From positions 1-64,000 of the forward strand of contig DASCPX010000009.1 of the NCBI GenBank assembly GCA_036012755.1: a stretch of 64,000 bases of DNA, written 5' to 3'. A program made the position numbers and the translations under genes. Each line of letters begins with the position of its first letter. Positions within the stretch are counted from its first letter, which is position 1. The notes beneath the pieces are model-generated. The model saw only the letters and a program-made list of their open reading frames with translations, made no database searches and was not told the DNA's origin. Shown here piece by piece: positions 20,085 through 27,360 of this stretch. Source of the stretch: Myxococcota bacterium (GTDB lineage: Bacteria; Myxococcota_A; UBA796; CAJQPC01).

Positions 20085-20576
20085 ATGAAGCGACGAGATC
20101 TGCTGAAGGGCCTGGCCGTCGGAACTGCCGTCGGGTGTCTCCCCGTCTCGCTCGGGCGACCCGCAGAGGCCGCCGCCGCCGCCGTCGAGCCGGGCGATGG
20201 CCCCTGGTGGCTGCTCGCCCCACTCCGTCCGGGTCAACAGCTGGCCTTCGGATGGCACCTCGGGCTCTTCGAGTCCCTCGACCGAGGCGCGCTGATCCTG
20301 AACCTCCACAACACGGACGGGCGGAACGCCCGGGTGCACCTCTGCTACCACCAGGGCAGGCCCAAGGGTGTGGGCCACACGGAGCTCCTGGACCTGGTCC
20401 TCATGGACGGCGGCGCCGGTGCCTCGCCCACGGAGGAGTCCGTCGGCCGTGTCGTCCGTCACGTGGCCGAGATCGTTCGCAAAAACGAGCTCCGCGAGGG
20501 CGCGGAAGAGGAGCTCGCCCGGCTCATGACCCACGGCGAGCGCGTCGAGACCTTCGGCCCGGAGACCCTGGTCTGA
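20085..20576 (+). CDS. Twin-arginine (Tat) signal protein of unknown function, first gene of the Hxs block
   Basis: MKRRDLLKGLAVGTAVG (Tat consensus) followed by an Ala-rich cleavage region; stop overlaps hxsD start (TGATG at 20574-20578). Confidence 0.75.
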   Translation: MKRRDLLKGLAVGTAVGCLPVSLGRPAEAAAAAVEPGDGPWWLLAPLRPGQQLAFGWHLGLFESLDRGALILNLHNTDGRNARVHLCYHQGRPKGVGHTELLDLVLMDGGAGASPTEESVGRVVRHVAEIVRKNELREGAEEELARLMTHGERVETFGPETLV

Positions 20577-20998
20577 TGGAGCTGTCCTACGAGCTGGACG
20601 AGCGGCGCGTGCGCTTCCCCATCGACGAGTCGCTGTTTCCCCTCGACGCGATCTACGGGGCTGCCTACCTCTTCGTCGACCGCTGCTATGTCTTCCTCGA
20701 CCGCCCGACTGACCAGGTCGTGGAGGTCCAGCTGCGCACCAAGGGCGAGGCGGACGAGGCGGCGCTCGAGGCGCTCGCCGGGGAGTTCGCCAACGAGCTG
20801 CTCAACCAGGTCCTGCGCGTCCGCGTCGGCGAGTCCACCCGCAAGCTGCGGGAGTACACCCTGGCGAAGGCCTTCTTCTCCCACACGCGGACCACCAGCA
20901 TCGACGCCCTGCTCGCCGAGCTCGACGCCGAGGAGCTCGAGGACGACCCCCTGGAGATCGAGGTCCCCTGGGACAAGCCGGAGTCGCCCGGTGCCTGA
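20576..20998 (+). CDS. hxsD: His-Xaa-Ser system protein HxsD
   Basis: 140 aa: D..LFPL.AIY.AAY.F.DRCYV.L ... EFANELLNQVLR..V...T..LRE..LA.AF matches the HxsD pattern; adjacent to an HxS-repeat peptide. Confidence 0.8.
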   Translation: MELSYELDERRVRFPIDESLFPLDAIYGAAYLFVDRCYVFLDRPTDQVVEVQLRTKGEADEAALEALAGEFANELLNQVLRVRVGESTRKLREYTLAKAFFSHTRTTSIDALLAELDAEELEDDPLEIEVPWDKPESPGA

Positions 20999-21206
20999 TC
21001 TGCGCTTCCATCGCTCGCTCTACCCGGCGGAGGTCGTGGTCTCGGCCGCGGAGACCTTCAGCCAGCTCGCAACCATCACGGTCGAGGACAACGAGCACGA
21101 CGTGAAGCTGTCGATCGAGGACGTCCACCCCCACTTCGAAGGCCGGCTGGCGGACGAACTGGCCAACTACGTCCTCCAGGCCACCATCCAGGCGGAGCGG
21201 TCGTGA
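20991..21206 (+). CDS. Short HxsD-like protein (71 aa)
   Basis: GTG start overlapping the hxsD stop; LRFHRSLYP..VV..A...F ... DELANYVL parallels HxsD (LFP..AI..A / EFANELL). Confidence 0.7.
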   Translation: MPDLRFHRSLYPAEVVVSAAETFSQLATITVEDNEHDVKLSIEDVHPHFEGRLADELANYVLQATIQAERS

Positions 21207-21240
21207 GGTCGAACGCGCCCATGCATTACAGGGAAGCCTG

Positions 21241-21588
21241 ATGTCCATCAAAGACGACAAGCCCGGGCTCCCCACCATCAACAAGAGCCCCTCTGACTTC
21301 CTCCAGAAGCAGGAGGCCCAGGACGCCGCCGCCGAGGCATCCCCTTCCCTCTTGCTCCTGAACGCCGCGGACGGCCTCGATCTGGACGCGGCCCACCTCG
21401 ACCGCACCCTGGCCGGCCTGCCCGACGCCCTGGGCACGCACTGTTCCCATGGATCCCACGGCTCACACGGTTCGCATGGCTCACACGGCTCACACGGCTC
21501 GCACGGAAGCCATGGCTCCCACGGATCGCACGGCAGTCACGGCAGTCATGGCTCCCACGGATCGCATGGCAGCCACGGGCAGTGGTGA
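21241..21588 (+). CDS. hxsA: His-Xaa-Ser repeat RiPP-like precursor (HxsA-type): 66-aa leader + HCS-(HGS)14-HGQW
   Basis: Direct translation; AGGGA SD-like motif upstream; repeat encoded by highly varied synonymous codons; lies between HxsD genes and radical SAM genes. Confidence 0.85.
   Translation: MSIKDDKPGLPTINKSPSDFLQKQEAQDAAAEASPSLLLLNAADGLDLDAAHLDRTLAGLPDALGTHCSHGSHGSHGSHGSHGSHGSHGSHGSHGSHGSHGSHGSHGSHGSHGQW
21439..21585 (+). repeat. 9-bp period coding repeat (His-Gly-Ser codons)
   Basis: CAY-GGN-(TCN/AGY) x14 after CAC-TGT-TCC, ending CAC GGG CAG TGG. Confidence 0.95.
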
Positions 21589-22540
21589 CTCGCTCGTCCT
21601 GACGGTCACGCGGCGGTGCGACCTCCGCTGCAGCTACTGCCCGACGGCGAAAGAGGGCTGGCCCTCGCTGAGCATCGGCCAGGTCAACCGGGCCATCGAT
21701 CTCTTCGTCGAGGGCGGCGGCGGTGACCTCAAGCTCTTCGGTGGCGAACCCCTGCTCGTTCCGGAGGTGGTGGAGGCGGTGCTCGACCGGACAGAGGACG
21801 AGCCTGCGATCTCGCGGGTCTACCTCTCGACCAACGGGCTCGGCCTGGACGAGGGCTGGCTGGCTCGGCGACGCGACAAGCTCATCCTGACGATCTCGAT
21901 GGATGGGCGCCCAGAGGACCACCGGCGTTTCCGACGCCCGGCTCGCGAGGGTGTCCGAGATGCCTACGACCACGTGATCTCCCTGCTCCCGGCGCTGTTG
22001 CGGACCCCCCGGGTCGTGCTCACGATGACGATTCCACCTGCCTCGGCGCATAGCGCAGTCGAGAACTTCGACCACCTCCGCGGCCTGGGCTTTCGCCGCT
22101 TCAACCTGCTGCCCGGCTACTACCTGCCCTGGCGACCACAGCAGCTCGAAGCGCTCCGAGAAGGCCTCGACGGCATCGCGACACGCTTCCGGGTCGCCTG
22201 GTCGGAGGGCTCGCACCTCTACCTGCGCAACCTCTTCACCTGGGCGCCGACACCCTTCTTCAACACGGGCATGGTGGTCGACGCCGACGGCTCGATCCAC
22301 CCGAGCAACATCGGGCTGTCGCTGGATCACCTCTGCGCCGAGACCCGCGCAGGCACGCTGGAGGCGCCCCCCTCGGCGGCCGAGCTCGACGACAAAGCCG
22401 GGACCATCAGCGCCTTGCTGGAGCGAGAGGTGGACGAGCGCGTCCTGGCCTCGACCAGGGCGGTCGACGCGGAGCTGACCCGCATGGTGCGCGGCCTCTA
22501 CCCGGCCTGGGCAGCATGGAAGAAGGCGAGGAGCTCGTGA
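21566..22540 (+). CDS. Radical SAM enzyme 1 (HxsB/anaerobic-sulfatase-maturase-like core, SPASM cysteines lost)
   Basis: TRRCDLRCSYC, FGGEPLL, STNG, ISMDG; 'DADGSIHPS' where SPASM proteins have DG..YPC. Start uncertain (last in-frame ATG 21566; frame open from 21449). Confidence 0.85.
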   Translation: MAATGSGDSLVLTVTRRCDLRCSYCPTAKEGWPSLSIGQVNRAIDLFVEGGGGDLKLFGGEPLLVPEVVEAVLDRTEDEPAISRVYLSTNGLGLDEGWLARRRDKLILTISMDGRPEDHRRFRRPAREGVRDAYDHVISLLPALLRTPRVVLTMTIPPASAHSAVENFDHLRGLGFRRFNLLPGYYLPWRPQQLEALREGLDGIATRFRVAWSEGSHLYLRNLFTWAPTPFFNTGMVVDADGSIHPSNIGLSLDHLCAETRAGTLEAPPSAAELDDKAGTISALLEREVDERVLASTRAVDAELTRMVRGLYPAWAAWKKARSS

Positions 22541-23481
22541 GCTGGGTCGGACCCGACGGGCGAGTAATGAGGCGCCTGGAGCTGCACCTGACCTACACCT
22601 GTCCCCAGGCCTGCGTGTTCTGCTCAGAGGACCACCGGATGCAGCGTTTCCGGAAGTTCCCCGTGACCTGGGGACGGGTCGCGGCGACCCTCCGGGAGCA
22701 CGCCGCCCATGGGGTCGACCACCTCCACCTCACAGGCGGCGAGCCGACCATCCACACCCGCTTGCTGGACGTGCTCGCCCTGGCGAGGAAGCTGGGCATG
22801 CGGACCTCGATCGGCACCATCGGCGCACGGCTGGCCCGCGAGGACTTCGCCGCCTTGGCCTTTCCGCTGCTGGATACAGCCCTCTTCAGCCTCCACGGTC
22901 CCACCGCGGAGCTCCACGACAGGCTGACCTCGAAGGCCGGGAGCTTCGAGAGGCAGCTTCGCGCGATGGAGCTGGCGGAGCGACACCCCACCCTTCGCTG
23001 CGCGAACACGGTGGTCTGCAAGGACAACATCGAGCGGCTCCCGGAGACCGTGGACTTCCTCGATCGAGCAGGTGTTTCCTTGATCGTCGTGTCGAACACC
23101 ACCCCCGAGGGCGCGGCCCTGGATCGCTACGAGGAGCTGGCTGTCACCCTCGAGGTCCTCGCCGAGGTCCTGCCCAAGGTGCGCACCGAGCGGGCCACGC
23201 TGCGCTTCTTCGGGGTGCCGATGTGTGTCCTGTCAGAGGACCAGCGGATGCTCTCGAACGACCTGCACTGGGACCCGCGGGTGACCGTGGAGTGGACCGC
23301 CGAGCCCGACAAGGTGGTCTACACCGGTCAGTTCAACTGGACCCCGGCCCGGAAGCGCAGCCACGTCGAGGAGTGCGCCCAGTGCAGCCTGCGGGGGGTC
23401 TGCATGGGGGTCTACACCCACTACGCCGAGCTCTGGCCGACCACCGCGCTCTGCGCTCGGCCGGCTATCGTGGCGGAGTGA
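22537..23481 (+). CDS. Radical SAM enzyme 2 (HxsC-like)
   Basis: CPQACVFC, TGGEPT, SLHG...HD.LT...GSF, GVPMC, CAQCSLRGVCMG; GTGA overlap with previous stop. Confidence 0.88.
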   Translation: MSWVGPDGRVMRRLELHLTYTCPQACVFCSEDHRMQRFRKFPVTWGRVAATLREHAAHGVDHLHLTGGEPTIHTRLLDVLALARKLGMRTSIGTIGARLAREDFAALAFPLLDTALFSLHGPTAELHDRLTSKAGSFERQLRAMELAERHPTLRCANTVVCKDNIERLPETVDFLDRAGVSLIVVSNTTPEGAALDRYEELAVTLEVLAEVLPKVRTERATLRFFGVPMCVLSEDQRMLSNDLHWDPRVTVEWTAEPDKVVYTGQFNWTPARKRSHVEECAQCSLRGVCMGVYTHYAELWPTTALCARPAIVAE

Positions 23482-24467
23482 CCCGCGACACGCGCCGCAA
23501 CATCGAAGTGAACGTCGGCAAGGCGTGCAACAACCGCTGCGTCTTCTGCCTCGATGGCCTCCCCAAGCGCGAGGACCGCTCCTTCCTACCGCTGGCGGAC
23601 ATGAAGGCGGAGATCACCCGCTGGTACGGCGAGGGCCACCGCAGCCTGGGCTTCCTCGGCGGCGAGCCGAGCACCTACCCCGGGCTCACGGAGTCCATCG
23701 CTCATGCCCGGGATCTCGGCTTCACCCGCATCGCCATCGCCACCAACGGGACCAGGCTTCGCAAGGCGGCCTTCGTCGATCGCCTCATCGACGCGGGCCT
23801 GACCCGGGTGACGGTCTCCTCCCACGGCCACACAGCAGAGCTGGAGGACCGGCTCACGCGAGTCCCGGGCAACTTCCTGAAGAAGCAGCAGGCCCTGCGC
23901 ATCCTGGTGGACCGCCGCGACGCTGGCCGCCTGCCGGACAACGTGAGCGTGAACATCGTGCTCAACGGCTGGAACTACCGAGTCCTGCCGAAGATGCTCC
24001 GCTACTTCTTCGGCCTTGGCGTGGACGACGTGCGCGCCAACTTCATCCGCAGCGAGGGCCACGCCGACGAGGACTGGTCGCTCACCCCGACCTACCAGCA
24101 GACGGTGCCGGTGCTCATGAAGGCCCTCGCGCTCAACGAGTTCCACTTCCACAAGTCATTCACCTTCGGCGGCTTCCCCCTCTGCGTGCTGCCCATGGAG
24201 TTCCTCGCGAACACGCGCATGGTGAGGAAGTACCTGGGCGAGTACCGGGACCTCGACACCGACTGCTCGGTCCGCGGCGAGGGCGACCACGGCATCGCAG
24301 AGGTCGAGGACGGCCGGGCCCGCTTCAACTGGCAGGATCGCAAGCGCTTCGATCTCAAGCACCAGCTGGAGCGCTGCGGTCACTGCCGCTACGCCGGGGT
24401 CTGCGAGGGCGTCTGGAAGATGTACCTCACCATCCACGGCGACGAGGAGTTCTCGCCCGTGCCGTGA
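23478..24467 (+). CDS. Radical SAM enzyme 3 (HxsC-like)
   Basis: CNNRCVFC, LGGEPS, ATNG, GFPLC, CGHCRYAGVCEG; GTGA overlap. Confidence 0.88.
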   Translation: MTRDTRRNIEVNVGKACNNRCVFCLDGLPKREDRSFLPLADMKAEITRWYGEGHRSLGFLGGEPSTYPGLTESIAHARDLGFTRIAIATNGTRLRKAAFVDRLIDAGLTRVTVSSHGHTAELEDRLTRVPGNFLKKQQALRILVDRRDAGRLPDNVSVNIVLNGWNYRVLPKMLRYFFGLGVDDVRANFIRSEGHADEDWSLTPTYQQTVPVLMKALALNEFHFHKSFTFGGFPLCVLPMEFLANTRMVRKYLGEYRDLDTDCSVRGEGDHGIAEVEDGRARFNWQDRKRFDLKHQLERCGHCRYAGVCEGVWKMYLTIHGDEEFSPVP

Positions 24468-24479
24468 TAGACGGCGCCC

Positions 24480-25565
24480 ATGCGGGAGTCCCTCGCCAGC
24501 GCCAGGCGCGTGGTCGTCAAGGTCGGAACCAGGGTCGTGTCTCGGGACGATGGGCGCGTCGCCCTGGGCCGGATCGGCATGCTCATAGAGCAGATCGCAG
24601 AGCTGCGAGAGGCCGGCAAGCAGGTCCTGCTGGTGTCCAGCGGAGCCATCGGCCTGGGCGCGGATCGCCTCGGTCTGGAGCCCAAGAACGTCGCGGACCA
24701 GCAGGCTTGCGCAGCCGCCGGACAGGGGGCTCTGGTCGCCTTCTACGACGCCCTCACCCGCCGCCTGGGCATCCGCACGGCCCAGGTCCTGCTCACCGAA
24801 GGCGACTTCCACGACCGGCGTCGCTACGTGAACCTGTCGGTGGCCCTGGAGCGCCTGCTCGCACTCGGCGCGCTGCCCGTCATCAACGAAAACGACGCCG
24901 TCAGCACCGCCGGCATCGATCCCGAGCGGGCTCGCATCTTCGGCGACAACGACCGCCTGGCCGCCCTGGTCGCCGCTGGCCTCGACGCCGACCTGCTGGT
25001 GCTGCTCACCAACGTCGACGGGATCTTCACCGCTCCCCCAGAGGAGGAGGGCGCCCAGCGGATCTCGGTCTGGAGCGACGACGAGGTGCGCTTCGGCTCC
25101 GTCTCCCATGGCGGACGCGGGGGCATGAAGGCGAAGGTCGAGGCCTGCCGGGTCGCAAACGGCGCCGGGGTCCATGTCGTGGTCGCCAACGGCTTCGAGG
25201 ACGGCATCCTCCACCGGATCCTCGCCGGAGACGACCTCGGCACGCTCTTCCCCGCCGAGCGCAGACAGGCCCGGCATCGGCGCTGGCTGCGCTTCGCGAC
25301 ATCTCCAGCCGGTGTCCTGATTGTGAACGAGGGCGCTCGCGAGGCCCTGGTCGCCCGCAACGCATCGCTCCTGCCCGTGGGCGTGGTGCGGGTCGAGGGC
25401 GACTTCGGCTCTGACGAGGTCGTCGCCATCGCCGGCGAGGACGGCGTGCCCTTCGCTCGGGGGGTCTGCAAGCCCTCCTCCGAAGAGGCCCGCGGGCGTC
25501 TCGGCAAGCGCGGCGAGGCGGTGCTCGTCCACCGCAGCCGCCTGGTCTTCCTGGAGGCCCCATGA
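24480..25565 (+). CDS. proB: Glutamate 5-kinase with PUA domain
   Basis: VVKVGT, VSSGAI, QACAAAGQ, PVINEND, FGDND.LAA, GRGGM..K, SLLPVGV..VEGDF. Confidence 0.95.
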   Translation: MRESLASARRVVVKVGTRVVSRDDGRVALGRIGMLIEQIAELREAGKQVLLVSSGAIGLGADRLGLEPKNVADQQACAAAGQGALVAFYDALTRRLGIRTAQVLLTEGDFHDRRRYVNLSVALERLLALGALPVINENDAVSTAGIDPERARIFGDNDRLAALVAAGLDADLLVLLTNVDGIFTAPPEEEGAQRISVWSDDEVRFGSVSHGGRGGMKAKVEACRVANGAGVHVVVANGFEDGILHRILAGDDLGTLFPAERRQARHRRWLRFATSPAGVLIVNEGAREALVARNASLLPVGVVRVEGDFGSDEVVAIAGEDGVPFARGVCKPSSEEARGRLGKRGEAVLVHRSRLVFLEAP

Positions 25566-26818
25566 GTCCCGTCGAGCTCGCCGTGGCCGCGAAGGCGGCG
25601 GCTCTTGGCCTGCAGCGAAGCAGCACCGTGGCTCGCGCCGCAGCCCTGGAGCGCATGGCCACCGCCCTGATCGAGCGACAAGACGAGATCCTCGCGGAGA
25701 ACGAGCGGGACTTGGCCGTCGCCGGCGACCTGGAGCCAGCGCTACGCAGCCGGCTGAAGCTGAGCCCGGCCAAGCTCGCGACCCTGGCGGAGGGCATCCG
25801 AGCGATCGCGGCAGCGGAGGAGCCCCTCGGTCGGGTCCTGCGCGCAACAGAGCTGGCAGAGGGCCTCGAGCTCCAGCAGGTCACCGCCCCCATCGGCGTG
25901 CTCCTCGTCATCTTCGAGTCCCGCCCGGACGTGCTGCCGCAGGTCGCCGCGCTGGCGGTGAAGAGCGGCAACGGCCTGCTCTTGAAGGGCGGCTCGGAGG
26001 CTCTGCACAGCAACCGCTGCCTCCACCGGATCGTGACGGAGGCCCTGGACCTCGGGCCTGTCATCGGCTTGGTCGAGACCCGCGCCGACATCGCCGATCT
26101 GCTCGCTCTGGACGATGTGATCGACCTGGTCATTCCTCGGGGATCGAAGGCCCTGGTCCGCCACATCCAGCAGAACACGCGCATCCCGGTGCTCGGCCAC
26201 GCCGACGGTGTCTGCCACGTCTACGTCGACGACGCCGCGGACCTCGGGAGCGCCCTGGAGGTCGTCCTCGACGCCAAGTGCGACTACCCGGCGGCCTGCA
26301 ACGCGATGGAGACCCTGCTGCTGCACGAGGCCCTCGATCCCTCCCCCTTCGTCGAGGCCCTCGAAGCAGCCGGGGTCGTCGTCCACCGCCAGCCCGCCGA
26401 CTGGCACACGGAGTACGGCAGCCTCGAGTGCAGCCTGGCCATCGTCTCGGGCATCGACGAGGCCATCGACCACATCCACGCTCATGGCAGCGGCCACACA
26501 GAGGCCATCCTCACAGCGGACCCCATCGCCGCGCAGCGCTTCCTCGACGGGGTCGACAGCGCCTGTGTGTTCCACAACGCCTCCACCCGCTTCGCGGACG
26601 GCTACCGCTTCGGCCTGGGCGCCGAGGTCGGCATCTCGACCGCCCGCATCCACGCCCGGGGCCCCGTCGGCCTCGACGGCTTGTTGACCACGCGGTGGAA
26701 GCTACGGGGCCAGGGCGACACCGCCAGCGCGTTCTCACGCGGGGAGCGCGTGTTCACGCACCGGGCGCTCGACCGGTCGTCCCAGGTCCTGGGTGCGCAT
26801 CGACGCGAAGGCGACTGA
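25562..26818 (+). CDS. proA: Gamma-glutamyl phosphate reductase
   Basis: PIGV..IFESRP, KSGN..LLKGGSEA..SN, IPRG, GVCHVYVD, ACNAMETLL, GSGHTE.I, NASTRFADG..FG.GAEVGIST..IHARGPVG. Confidence 0.95.
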   Translation: MSPVELAVAAKAAALGLQRSSTVARAAALERMATALIERQDEILAENERDLAVAGDLEPALRSRLKLSPAKLATLAEGIRAIAAAEEPLGRVLRATELAEGLELQQVTAPIGVLLVIFESRPDVLPQVAALAVKSGNGLLLKGGSEALHSNRCLHRIVTEALDLGPVIGLVETRADIADLLALDDVIDLVIPRGSKALVRHIQQNTRIPVLGHADGVCHVYVDDAADLGSALEVVLDAKCDYPAACNAMETLLLHEALDPSPFVEALEAAGVVVHRQPADWHTEYGSLECSLAIVSGIDEAIDHIHAHGSGHTEAILTADPIAAQRFLDGVDSACVFHNASTRFADGYRFGLGAEVGISTARIHARGPVGLDGLLTTRWKLRGQGDTASAFSRGERVFTHRALDRSSQVLGAHRREGD

Positions 26819-26872
26819 CGGACGCGCGGGCACCTGGTGCCCCTCCAGGGCAGGGCCCGAATGCGACGGGAT

Positions 26873-27021
26873 GTTGCGTATCGGCCTCGGTTCTCCGGAA
26901 CCCCCGGAGATGTGCAACAGAACGTTGCGTATCGGCCTCGGTTCTCCGGAACCCCCGGATATGTGCAACAGAACGTTGCGTATCGGCCTGGGTTCTCCGG
27001 AACCCCCGGAGATGTGCAACA
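26873..27021. repeat. Tandem 51-bp palindromic repeat, about 3 copies (REP-like)
   Basis: Unit GTTGCGTATCGGCCTCGGTTCTCCGGAACCCCCGGAGATGTGCAACAGAAC starts at 26873, 26924 and 26975; contains TCTCCGG/CCGGAGA and GTTGC/GCAAC inverted pairs; no spacers. Confidence 0.9.
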
Positions 27022-27179
27022 AGACGTGCTTGCACGCCGCGGACGAGAGAGGACCAGTCCTCAGCCAAGTGTCCGATCATATCGCCGGAGACCGGATCGT
27101 AGACGCCCCCAGATCGGTCGAAGACCACGTCTTCGGCGTTGCCGACGTTGGCTCGTTCCTTCGCCGCATTCAGCCTCCT

Positions 27180-27282
27180 GCCCGCCGACTGGCACACGGA
27201 GTACGGCAGCCTCGAGGCAGCCTGGCCATCGTCTCGGGCATCGATGAGGCCATCGACCACATCCACGCCCACGGCAGCGGCC
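27180..27282 (+). pseudogene. Frameshifted internal fragment copy of proA (duplicate of 26392-26495)
   Basis: 103 vs 104 bp; one T deleted (GAGTGC>GAGGC) and three third-position changes (GAC>GAT, GCT>GCC, CAT>CAC). Confidence 0.9.
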
Positions 27283-27360
27283 GGCGTGGCCGGGCTGCGA
27301 GACACACTGCCGGAGTGAGGCGGACAGGCGGGGGCGAAGAGGCGGGGGTCGGTTCGTCGG

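Noticed and set aside
24480..26818. proBA as dedicated members of the Hxs pathway
   Set aside because: Ordinary housekeeping sequences; the core has no Pro, and nothing beyond adjacency links them.
26873..27021. Possible CRISPR array
   Set aside because: Repeats are head-to-tail with no unique spacers, and no cas genes are in the window.
1..27282. Diversity-generating retroelement (Avd-like gene at the window start, a lectin domain, a ~100-bp near-repeat)
   Set aside because: No reverse transcriptase in the window; the near-repeat is in proA, and its differences are synonymous and not confined to adenines of one copy.
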